A stretch of DNA of 64,000 nt from Paracidovorax konjaci (GTDB taxonomy: Bacteria; Pseudomonadota; Gammaproteobacteria; Burkholderiales; Burkholderiaceae_C): the NCBI RefSeq assembly GCF_900112675.1, contig NZ_FOMQ01000007.1, forward strand, positions 162,750-226,749, in the 5' to 3' direction. The stretch's first letter is position 1. The number at the start of each line of letters is the position of its first letter. The notes beneath the pieces are model-generated. The model saw nothing but the letters and a program-made list of their open reading frames with translations, was not told the DNA's origin and ran no database searches. Both the position numbers and the translations under genes were made by a program. Shown piece after piece: positions 28,195 to 36,150 of the stretch.

Positions 28195-28848
28195 TCAGGC
28201 CTTGGAGCAGCCGGCGAGGAACAGGACCGCGGCTTTCCGGATGAAGTCCGCCTGCTCCTCCCGGGACCCGGGCGGCAGGGAGAACGTGACGAGGTTGTGG
28301 GCCGGCGCCGAGATCAAGGTGGCGAAGATCTTCACCGCGGCGGGGAAGTCATCCACGCGCAGTGATTCGCTGGCCAGTGCCGGCGCCAGCATCCGGGCCA
28401 GCAGCTCCAGATACTGTTCGATCAACGCATGGACGAACGGGGCCAGTTCGGGGCGTTGCGCAATGCCGCCGATGGCGAATCGGAGCCAACGCTGCATATC
28501 GGGATGCAGCAAGGTGTCGTTCATCTCCATCCCGATCCGCTCCAGCTTTTCCTGGGCTCCGAGACCGGGAAGGAACTCGGGCTCGAGCCGCAATGCCGGC
28601 AGCGCCGCGGTCGTCAGCACTTCGCGCAGCAGGTTTTCCTTGGACGCGAAGCGCGAGTAGATCGTCCGTTTGGTGACGCCGGCTGCCGCTGCGATGGCAT
28701 CGATGCTGGTGCCTTCGTAGCCGCTCTGGAGCATGAGCGCGGACGCCACTTCGATGATGGTCTGCCGCAGTTCCTGCGCCCGCTGCGCGGTGGGGCGGCC
28801 CCGGGGAGAGGGGCGCGTGGACTTCTCACGACCTTCGGTTTTCGGCAT
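28195..28848 (-). CDS. TetR/AcrR family transcriptional regulator
   Basis: N-terminal HTH (RTIIEVASALMLQSGYEGTSIDAIAAAAGVTKRTIYSRFASKENLL) plus a helical ligand-binding domain. Confidence 0.85.
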   Translation of the reverse strand: MPKTEGREKSTRPSPRGRPTAQRAQELRQTIIEVASALMLQSGYEGTSIDAIAAAAGVTKRTIYSRFASKENLLREVLTTAALPALRLEPEFLPGLGAQEKLERIGMEMNDTLLHPDMQRWLRFAIGGIAQRPELAPFVHALIEQYLELLARMLAPALASESLRVDDFPAAVKIFATLISAPAHNLVTFSLPPGSREEQADFIRKAAVLFLAGCSKA

Positions 28849-28926
28849 GGCTTCTGGTCATGGGAACTCGGTGATGTACGAATGCTACGCCTGCGTCAAA
28901 GACACCGGAGGGGGTAAACCCTTCAT

Positions 28927-28940
28927 GGCGGCATGCCGCC
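28927..28940. promoter_or_regulatory. Perfect 14-bp palindrome upstream of tetR (candidate operator)
   Basis: GGCGGCATGCCGCC, about 80 bp upstream of the tetR start. Degenerate direct repeats (CCATTGCTCGG / CCGTTGCTCGA) follow it. Confidence 0.25.
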
Positions 28941-29069
28941 GACAGGCATGCGGCTCGGCCATTGCTCGGCCATTACCCGACCGTTGCTCGACCTTGAAAG
29001 GCCGCCCCCATGCGTTCGGCGCAAGCCCGCGCGCCGCTCACCGCGGTCGCGAGACGCCGTCGCAAGCCC

Positions 29070-30686
29070 TCACGACAACCGGTCCCACGCCAGCCCGAAA
29101 CGGCCCAGGTATTTGCGCAGGCGGTCCGCATCGTTGACGGCCGTGCGCTGCGCACGCGAGGCCTGGAACAGTTGCCGCCCCGCATCCGACAGGCTGCGCG
29201 ACTGCCGGCACACCCGCACCACGGCCGCGAGCTGCAGGCGATCGAACAGGTCCAGCGCGTCCATCTGCGCGGGCCCCAGCAGGGCTTCGAGTTCAGGCAG
29301 CCCGTCCGTGCCCGCGGAATGCGCCCCCTGCGGCGGCTGCGCCGGCTGCCACAGCCAACGCAGCCGGGCGATCTCGGCCTCCACCAGCGCGAGCCCGATG
29401 CGCCCGCCTTCGGCCAGGGTCGCCAGGCGCACCACACTCGCAGACAGGTCGCGGAAGTTGCCGGACCAGAGCGCTTCCGGCGACTGCGCATAGCGCAGGT
29501 AGCCCTGCCGGGCCTCGGCCGAAAAGCGCACGCTGCGGCCCAGTTCCTCGCCGGCCCGGGCCAGCAGGTGGTCCACGTTGGGTTCGATGTCTTCCGGCCG
29601 CTGCGCCAGCCCCGGCAACTGGTAGCTCCAGAGGTTGATGCGCGCGAACAGGTCTTCGCGGAAGCGGCCTTGCGCCACTTCCGCGCGCAGGTCGCGGTTG
29701 GTGCCGGCGATGAGCTGGAAATCGCTCTCCACCTCGCGGTCGCTGCCCATCGGATAGAAGCGCTTTTCCTCCACGGCCTTGAGCAGCATGGCCTGCTCGT
29801 CCAGGCCCAGTTCACCGATCTCGTCGAGGAACAGCACACCGCCGTGGGCCGAGCGCAGCAGGCCCGCCCGGTCGGCTGCTGCGCCGGTGAAGGCACCCTT
29901 GCGGTGGCCGAACAGCGTGGATGCGGCGCCATCGCCGCGCAGCGTGGCGCAGTTGACCTCGACGAACCCGCCCTCCACCTGGTGCCGGGATTTCTTCAGT
30001 TCGTACATGCGCCGCGCGAGGTGCGACTTGCCCGCACCCGTGGGACCGGTGAAGAGGATGGGCGCGCGCGATCGCACCGCCACGCGTTCCACCTCCTCGA
30101 TGAGCGCGTTGAACGCCGGGTTGCGCGTGGCGATGCCGCTTTTGAGAAAGTCCAGCGCATCGCGCTGCTCCGCCTGGAAGCGCTGGGCCAGCGCGTCGTA
30201 GCGGGACAGATCCAGGTCGATGAGCGCGTAGCTGCCCGGGTCGCCCTCGCGCTGGCGCCGGGGCGGCGCCGTCTGCGCGAGCACACCCGGGATGCGGCGC
30301 GATTCCACCAGCAGGAAAAGGCAGATCTGCGCCACGTGCGTGCCGGTGGTGATGTGCACCCAGTACTCCTCGCGCTCCATGCGGAAGCGATAGGCCTGCA
30401 CCCAGTCGTACAGCGCGCCGTACACCTCGCCGAAATCCCACGGATCGCCGATGTCCAGCGACACCAGGCGCACGTCGGTTTCCGGCGACACCGCAGCCAG
30501 GTCGGCCTTCACCTGCGCGGCCAGGGGCGCGTGCGCCGGTGTATGGAGCAGCTCCATCCGGCGCACGACCACGTCCTCGTGCTGGGCGAGCGACACCGTG
30601 GGCCGCCATTTCTCCCACCGACCGGCGCCCTTGCCTGCATCCAGTTGGGTGCCGATGAAGCCGATGACCACTTTGCTTTTTGCCAT
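29070..30686 (-). CDS. rtcR: Sigma-54-dependent transcriptional activator RtcR (CARF sensor domain, AAA+ domain, HTH)
   Basis: N-terminal RtcR/CARF-type domain (MAKSKVVIGFIGTQLDAGKG...), AAA+ sigma-54 activator core with the GAFTGA motif (GHRKGAFTGAAADRAGLL) and Walker A GPTGAGKSHLAR. Divergent from an rtcB/rtcA operon. Confidence 0.9.
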   Translation of the reverse strand: MAKSKVVIGFIGTQLDAGKGAGRWEKWRPTVSLAQHEDVVVRRMELLHTPAHAPLAAQVKADLAAVSPETDVRLVSLDIGDPWDFGEVYGALYDWVQAYRFRMEREEYWVHITTGTHVAQICLFLLVESRRIPGVLAQTAPPRRQREGDPGSYALIDLDLSRYDALAQRFQAEQRDALDFLKSGIATRNPAFNALIEEVERVAVRSRAPILFTGPTGAGKSHLARRMYELKKSRHQVEGGFVEVNCATLRGDGAASTLFGHRKGAFTGAAADRAGLLRSAHGGVLFLDEIGELGLDEQAMLLKAVEEKRFYPMGSDREVESDFQLIAGTNRDLRAEVAQGRFREDLFARINLWSYQLPGLAQRPEDIEPNVDHLLARAGEELGRSVRFSAEARQGYLRYAQSPEALWSGNFRDLSASVVRLATLAEGGRIGLALVEAEIARLRWLWQPAQPPQGAHSAGTDGLPELEALLGPAQMDALDLFDRLQLAAVVRVCRQSRSLSDAGRQLFQASRAQRTAVNDADRLRKYLGRFGLAWDRLS

Positions 30687-30815
30687 ATCCCATTTTCTAT
30701 TTATTTATCTTTTTATATCAACTAAGAACCAACCAGTAAAGTCCGAAATCCGAGGCGCTGAGAAATATCCTTTGCAGATCAATCACTTGCAGGCAGTTCG
30801 CCCCAGATCCAGGAG

Positions 30816-30834
30816 CTGGCACGCATCTCGCAAT
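30816..30834 (+). promoter_or_regulatory. Sigma-54 (-24/-12) promoter reading toward the rtc operon
   Basis: CTGGCACGCATCTCGCAAT: TGGCAC-N5-TCGC with canonical -24 GG / -12 GC spacing (cf. glnAp2 TGGCACAGATTTCGC). It lies about 130 bp from rtcR and is preceded by an AT-rich tract (30700-30780) typical of a UAS/IHF region. Confidence 0.6.
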
Positions 30835-31007
30835 GACAAGGAGGCCAGAGACCCGTGGCGACGCTCACAGGTTGAGGGTTGTGGCGAAACGCCAGCCCTT
30901 CCGGTGCGGTGCATCCGCCGCGGGCCATCCCGCCCGGACGTCGATGCACCGCATGCCGCCCGCCACCGGGTCGCTGGCACGGCCTGCAGGTTGCAGCCCT
31001 CCGGGGT

Positions 31008-31110
31008 GCTCCGGTTCGATTCCGGGAAGGCCACTTCTGTAGCTCAGAGGTAGAGCAGCCTTGTGTCCCAAGGCCTGGCGCAGGTTCGACTCCTGCCGGA
31101 AAAACCGACC
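31008..31110 (+). ncRNA. tRNA-like structured RNA in the rtc operon leader (Y-RNA/YrlA-like candidate); not a canonical tRNA
   Basis: D-arm-like TAGCTCAGAGGTAGAGC; anticodon-arm-like GCCTT-GTGTCCC-AAGGC; T-arm-like GCAGG-TTCGACT-CCTGC. A second T-arm-like hairpin TCCGG-TTCGATT-CCGGG lies just upstream. No pairing 7-bp acceptor stem could be found. Confidence 0.45.
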
Positions 31111-31433
31111 CGGTTTCACCGCCGGGACCTTAGACGGTCGCAAGACCACCCCGCCGGACGCGGGTGCAGCGCCACGGAGCGGCCCCGCCGCCACGGTGCT
31201 GCACCCGTCAGAGGCGGCGGTTCGTGCCAGACCCGGGCACGGCCCGCGCAAGCAGCCAGCCACTCCGCAGCCCCCAGGGCCCGCGGACACGGCGCACTGC
31301 GATGCCCGTGCCGCGCCCCCTGGCTCCACCGCCACCGCTGTAACGGCACCTATTTTTGGGAACGGGCTCGTCGCCGCCAGCGGCAGCTCTCCCCTGCAGG
31401 CCGCAACGCAAGAAAGACAAAGAGGAAACCACC

Positions 31434-32567
31434 ATGCTGAAGATCCAACGCATCAAGAAGAACGAACGCGCGCTGCTGCTGCGCAACGGCGACTTCGAGC
31501 GCGTGCTGCACAGCGGCGCGCACTGGCTCTTCGCCGGCACCGACCAGCTGCGCGTGGAGACCTTCGCGCTGGAGCAGCCCGCCTTCACCCACGGCCTGGC
31601 CGATTACCTGATGGCCCGTGAACCCGAGGTGGTGGCCCGCGAGTTCGTGCGTGCCGAACTGACCGAAACCCAGGCGGGCCTGCGCACCGAGAACGGCGTG
31701 CTGGTCGAGATCCTGCCGCCGGGCACCCGGCGCCTCTACTGGAAGGGGCTGGTGGACGTGGCCGTGGAGGTGGTGGACCTGTCGCAGGGCGTGGACGTGC
31801 CCGCCGCGCTGGCCGCGCGGCTGGTGCAGACGCAGCTGCGCCACAAGCCCGTGGCCGGCCTGAACGGCGTGCTGCAGGTGCAGGTGCCCGAGGCGATGTG
31901 CGCCATCCTCACCATCGACGGCAAGGTCGAGCGGCTGCTGGGCGCCGGAATGCACGCGTTCTGGAAGTTCGGCCGCCACATCGGCGCGGAGCTGGTGGAC
32001 CTGCGCCTGCAGACGCTGGACGTGTCGGGCCAGGACATCATGACGCGCGACAAGGTCGGCCTGCGGATCAACCTGTGCGCCACCTGGCGCTACGCGGACG
32101 TTCTGCTGGCGCACCGGCGCCTGCCCAAGCCTGCCGATCACCTCTACCGCGAGCTGCAGTTCGCGCTGCGCTCCGCCGTGGGCACCCGCACGCTCGACGA
32201 GCTGCTGGAGGACAAGACGGCGATCGACGACGTGGTGCGCGCGCACCTGGTCGGCAAGCTGCCGGCCTACGGCATGGAACTCGACGGCGTGGGCGTGAAG
32301 GACATCGTGCTGCCCGGCGACATGAAGGCCATCCTGACCCAGGTGGTGCAGGCGGAAAAGCAGGCCCAGGCCAACGTGATCCGCCGCCGCGAGGAAACCG
32401 CCGCGACGCGCTCGCTGCTCAACACCGCCAAGGTGATGGAAGACAACCCCGTGGCCCTGCGCATGAAAGAGCTGGAAACGCTCGAGCGCGTGGCCGAACG
32501 CATCGACAAGATCTCCGTGTTCGGCGGGCTGGACCAGGTGCTGAACGGCCTGGTGAAGATGCGCTGA
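31434..32567 (+). CDS. SPFH/band-7 (stomatin/prohibitin/flotillin-like) domain protein, first gene of the RtcR-controlled operon
   Basis: C-terminal half GVKDIVLPGDMKAILTQVVQAEKQAQANVIRRREETAATRSLLNTAKVMEDNPVALRMKELETLERVAE is a typical SPFH core plus coiled-coil. AAGAGGA RBS before the ATG at 31434. Confidence 0.8.
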   Translation: MLKIQRIKKNERALLLRNGDFERVLHSGAHWLFAGTDQLRVETFALEQPAFTHGLADYLMAREPEVVAREFVRAELTETQAGLRTENGVLVEILPPGTRRLYWKGLVDVAVEVVDLSQGVDVPAALAARLVQTQLRHKPVAGLNGVLQVQVPEAMCAILTIDGKVERLLGAGMHAFWKFGRHIGAELVDLRLQTLDVSGQDIMTRDKVGLRINLCATWRYADVLLAHRRLPKPADHLYRELQFALRSAVGTRTLDELLEDKTAIDDVVRAHLVGKLPAYGMELDGVGVKDIVLPGDMKAILTQVVQAEKQAQANVIRRREETAATRSLLNTAKVMEDNPVALRMKELETLERVAERIDKISVFGGLDQVLNGLVKMR

Positions 32568-32618
32568 CCGACCGCCGTCGCCGCCCTGCGGCGCCGGCAC
32601 CCCAGAAAGAAGACGACC

Positions 32619-33467
32619 ATGAACAAGAAGAAAGCCATGGCACCCGGCGCCGGGCCCCAGCCGCCGCGGGAGGGCCTGCAGGCCGCGCTGGACGCGTCCA
32701 TCGAAGCGGCCTACCGCGTGTTCGGCGCGTACCGCGCGCCCGCCGGGCTGCTGGATGTGTGCACGGCCTGCTGCATGAACGCGGCCCTGGAACGCGAGAT
32801 GCGCAGCCGCCCCCTGCGCTCGCTCACCGAGCGGCATTTCTACGAATACAACGACAGCGCGAAAAGCGCCACCCAGCCCGCGGACGAGATCAAGTACCTG
32901 CTGCCCCGGCTGCTGGAACTGCTTGTCCAGGGCGCGCGGCTGCACCATTCGACCGAGCTGTACATCGACCGCGTGGGCCGTTGCGAACCGGGCGCCTTCT
33001 CCGCACGCGAGCAGCAGGCGCTGCAGGACGTCGCACTGGCGCACTTCGCGCTGGGCCTGGAGCAGTGGGCCGAGCCGGACCAGGGCGTCTTCCAGAAGGA
33101 CGATGCCTTCACGGTGCTGCTCATGTGGGACCATGCCGGCGTGGATCTCGCGCCGCTGCTGGACCACTGGCTCGCCTGCGACAGCGACTCGTCCGCGCTG
33201 CATTACGTGGATGCCTCGTACTGGGGCTTCGTGCTGAACGGCCGGCAGATCGGCGGCGCCTTCTCGAAGGACCGCCCGCGCTACCGCGAAGCCGTGGAGC
33301 ACTGGCTGACGGCCCCGGAGCACCAGGACCGGTTCACGGCCAAGCTGCTGCAGATGATGGACCGCCGCCCCGCGGATGGCTGGCTGCCGCCGGGCACGCC
33401 CGAATGCGGCTGCCACTCCACGCTGAACGACCGCATCGACGCCGTGTTCGACACCATCGCGCGATGA
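32619..33467 (+). CDS. Hypothetical Cys-rich protein (282 aa) between the SPFH gene and rtcB
   Basis: No recognisable domain by eye. Contains CTACCMNAA and PECGCH motifs. Same strand, with short spacers to neighbours (52 bp and 59 bp). Confidence 0.55.
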   Translation: MNKKKAMAPGAGPQPPREGLQAALDASIEAAYRVFGAYRAPAGLLDVCTACCMNAALEREMRSRPLRSLTERHFYEYNDSAKSATQPADEIKYLLPRLLELLVQGARLHHSTELYIDRVGRCEPGAFSAREQQALQDVALAHFALGLEQWAEPDQGVFQKDDAFTVLLMWDHAGVDLAPLLDHWLACDSDSSALHYVDASYWGFVLNGRQIGGAFSKDRPRYREAVEHWLTAPEHQDRFTAKLLQMMDRRPADGWLPPGTPECGCHSTLNDRIDAVFDTIAR

Positions 33468-33526
33468 CCCGTCCACGGACCGGCGCCGCGCTCTCCCCCC
33501 GATCCCCTCGAAATTTCCGAAGAACC

Positions 33527-34774
33527 ATGAACGAACCACAGAACCATCCCTCCGCCCCCTCCCACCAGGTCCACCGCGTCGAAGGCGGCGTGCCCGTGAA
33601 GATGTGGACGCAGGGCGTGCCCGTCGAGGACGAGGCGCGCCAGCAGCTCGAGAACGCCGCGCGCCTGCCCATCGTGTTCAAGCACATCGCGGCCATGCCC
33701 GACGTGCACTACGGCATCGGCGCCACCGTGGGCTCGGTGATCCCGACCTTCAAGGCCATCATCCCGGCCGCCGTGGGCGTGGACATCGGCTGCGGCATGA
33801 TGGCCTGCAAGACCACGCTGCACGCGAACGACCTGCCCGACAACCTGGGCCCGCTGCGCTCGGCCATCGAGCGGGCGGTACCGCACGGCAGCAACCCGAA
33901 GCGCCAGGGCCGCGACAAGGGTGCGTGGGACACCCCGCCGGACGAGACCGACCGCGCCTGGGCCGGCCTGAAGGACGAGTTCGACCGCCTCTGCGAGGAC
34001 TATCCGCGCCTGGCGAACACCAACAACCACAAGCACCTGGGCACGCTCGGCACCGGCAACCACTTCATCGAGGTGTGCCTGGACGAGCACGGCGCCGTGT
34101 GGTTCATGCTGCACTCGGGCTCGCGCGGGGTGGGCAACGCCATCGGCACGCACTTCATCGAACTGGCGAAGAAGGATGCCGAACTGCACCAGCGCAACCT
34201 GCCGGACCGCGACCTCGCGTACTTCGAGGAAGGCGCCCGCTACTTCGGCGACTACGTGCGCGCCGTCGGCTGGGCGCAGAAGTTCGCGCGCGCCAACCGC
34301 GAGGTGATGATGCACCGCCTGATCGGCGCCGTGCGCTCGGTGATCGCCAAGCCGTTCGAGACCCACCTCGAAGCGGTGAACTGCCACCACAACTACGTGA
34401 GCCGCGAGACGCATTTCGGCGAAGACGTGCTCGTCACCCGCAAGGGCGCCGTGAGCGCCAAGGCCGGCGAGCTGGGGATCATCCCCGGAAGCATGGGCGC
34501 CAAGAGCTACATCGTGCGCGGCAAGGGCAACCCCGAGAGCTTCATGAGCTGCAGCCACGGCGCAGGCCGCAAGATGAGCCGCACCAAGGCGAAGAAGCTC
34601 TACAGCGTGGCCGACCAGATCGCCGCGACCGAGGGCGTCGAGTGCCGCAAGGATGCCGACGTGATCGACGAGATCCCGATGGCCTACAAGGACATCGACG
34701 CCGTGATGGCGGCCCAGAAGGACCTGGTGGACGTGGTGTACACGCTCAAGCAGGTGGTGTGCGTGAAGGGATAG
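33527..34774 (+). CDS. rtcB: RNA-splicing ligase RtcB (3'-phosphate/2',3'-cyclic phosphate RNA ligase)
   Basis: 416 aa with the hallmark metal/GTP-binding motifs (...GTLGTGNHFIEV..., ...HSGSRGVGN..., ...CHHNY..., ...SHGAGR...). Confidence 0.92.
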   Translation: MNEPQNHPSAPSHQVHRVEGGVPVKMWTQGVPVEDEARQQLENAARLPIVFKHIAAMPDVHYGIGATVGSVIPTFKAIIPAAVGVDIGCGMMACKTTLHANDLPDNLGPLRSAIERAVPHGSNPKRQGRDKGAWDTPPDETDRAWAGLKDEFDRLCEDYPRLANTNNHKHLGTLGTGNHFIEVCLDEHGAVWFMLHSGSRGVGNAIGTHFIELAKKDAELHQRNLPDRDLAYFEEGARYFGDYVRAVGWAQKFARANREVMMHRLIGAVRSVIAKPFETHLEAVNCHHNYVSRETHFGEDVLVTRKGAVSAKAGELGIIPGSMGAKSYIVRGKGNPESFMSCSHGAGRKMSRTKAKKLYSVADQIAATEGVECRKDADVIDEIPMAYKDIDAVMAAQKDLVDVVYTLKQVVCVKG

Positions 34775-34795
34775 ACGGAACGCCTTCCCAGACGT

Positions 34796-34859
34796 TCGCT
34801 ACATATTTAATAGCAAACTATTGAATGAATCCGGCGGCATGAGGCCATTTTTATGCAAC
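34796..34859 (+). repeat. Repeat element copy D (forward, left arm partly missing) between rtcB and rtcA
   Basis: GCTACATATTTAATAGCAAACTATTGAATGAATCCGGCGGCATGAGGCCATTTTTATGCAAC. Its terminal ATGCAAC is the first ATG of the rtcA ORF called in the ORF track (34853). Confidence 0.75.
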
Positions 34860-34903
34860 AACAAGAAGAATTCCCGCGATCGGCGCATCCGATCGCCCCG
34901 GAC

Positions 34904-36046
34904 ATGCGCGTGGAATCTCCGCAAGGCGTTACCGTCCACCGCGGCGGACCGGGGGGTGCCGTGGCGCTTTCTCCGCAACCCCTGGTCCTCGACGGCTCGC
35001 ACGGCGAGGGCGGCGGGCAGATCCTGCGCACGGGCCTGGCGCTCTCGATGGTGACGGGGCGCCCGCTGCGGATCGACCGCATCCGCGCCGGGCGGCCCAA
35101 GCCCGGGCTCATGCGCCAACACCTCGCGTGCGTGCAGGCCGCCGCCGAGGTCTGCGGCGCGCAGGCCGAGGGCGCCGAGCCGGGATCGACCGCCCTGCAT
35201 TTCAGGCCCGGTGCCGTGCGCGCGGGCGACTACCGGTTCGCGATCTCGGGCGCCGGCAGTTGCCTGCTGGTGCTGCAGACCGTGCTGCCCGCGCTGCTGC
35301 TGGCGCAGGCGCCGAGCCGCGTGCAGCTCACGGGCGGCACGCACAACCCGATGGCGCCGCCGTTCGACTTCCTGGAGCTGGCCTTCGCGCCGCTGGTGCG
35401 GCGGCTGGGCGCGGGGCTGGACCTCACGCTGCGCCGCCGGGGTTTCTACCCCGCGGGCGGCGGCGAGGTGCAGGCCACCGTCACACCCGCCGCCACGGGG
35501 CTGGAGCCTTTCGACCTGCTCGATCGCGGCCCCTGCCGCGGTGCCTGGGCGCAGGCGGTGGCGCCGGGGCTGGCGCGCGGGATCGCGCGGCGCGAACTGG
35601 AAGCGCTGCGCCGCCACCTCGGCTGGCCGGGCGACCTGGCGGCCGGGCAACTGCGGGTGGCTCCCGCCCGGCAGAACGAAGGGCCCGGCAACGCGCTGCT
35701 CGCCGTGCTGGAGCACGGCGGGGTGACCGAGGTGTTCTGCGCGCTGGGCGAGCGCGGCGTCTCCGCCGAGGCCGTGGCGCACACGCTGGCCGCCGAGGTC
35801 ATCGGCTACCGGCAAGGCGGCGGCGCGGTGGGCCCGCACCTGGCCGACCAGTGGATGCTGCCGCTCGCGCTGGCCGTCTGGCGCAGCGGGCGCAGCGCCG
35901 CCTACACCGCCACGCAGGCCACCCTGCACACGCGCACGCATGCCGAACTGATTCCCCGGGGGCTGCCCGTGCGGATCACGCTGACGGAGCAGGCCGGGGG
36001 AACGCGCATCGACATCGCCCCGGCGGAGGGCCCGGCGCCGGCATAA
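34904..36046 (+). CDS. rtcA: RNA 3'-terminal phosphate cyclase RtcA
   Basis: ...[46 protein letters not shown]... matches the RtcA N-terminus. Start is uncertain: an in-frame ATG at 34853 lies inside the repeat element, and the ATG at 34904 is used here. Confidence 0.85.
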   Translation: MRVESPQGVTVHRGGPGGAVALSPQPLVLDGSHGEGGGQILRTGLALSMVTGRPLRIDRIRAGRPKPGLMRQHLACVQAAAEVCGAQAEGAEPGSTALHFRPGAVRAGDYRFAISGAGSCLLVLQTVLPALLLAQAPSRVQLTGGTHNPMAPPFDFLELAFAPLVRRLGAGLDLTLRRRGFYPAGGGEVQATVTPAATGLEPFDLLDRGPCRGAWAQAVAPGLARGIARRELEALRRHLGWPGDLAAGQLRVAPARQNEGPGNALLAVLEHGGVTEVFCALGERGVSAEAVAHTLAAEVIGYRQGGGAVGPHLADQWMLPLALAVWRSGRSAAYTATQATLHTRTHAELIPRGLPVRITLTEQAGGTRIDIAPAEGPAPA

Positions 36047-36150
36047 CCATATGCGGACGGGTTCGAAGGAGTGGTCCAAAATGCCCCGTTCCCTTTTGTC
36101 CCTCCCCTGGCCCGGCCCTGCCGGAACCCCCTTCCCACCCTGGAGACGCC

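Noticed and set aside
30966-30990. Second TGGCAC…TTGCA motif (GCTGGCACGGCCTGCAGGTTGCA) as a possible sigma-54 promoter.
   Set aside because: The spacing between the GG and GC elements is 5 nt too long for RpoN recognition. The motif at 30816-30834 has correct spacing and is preferred.
31021-31112. Possible canonical tRNA gene between rtcR and the SPFH gene (D-arm TAGCTCAGAGGTAGAGC and T-loop GGTTCGACTCC are present).
   Set aside because: No 7-bp acceptor stem can be formed (5' ACTTCTG versus 3' CGGAAAA). The anticodon loop GTGTCCC is non-canonical, and there is no CCA or discriminator context. It is reported as a tRNA-like ncRNA candidate instead.
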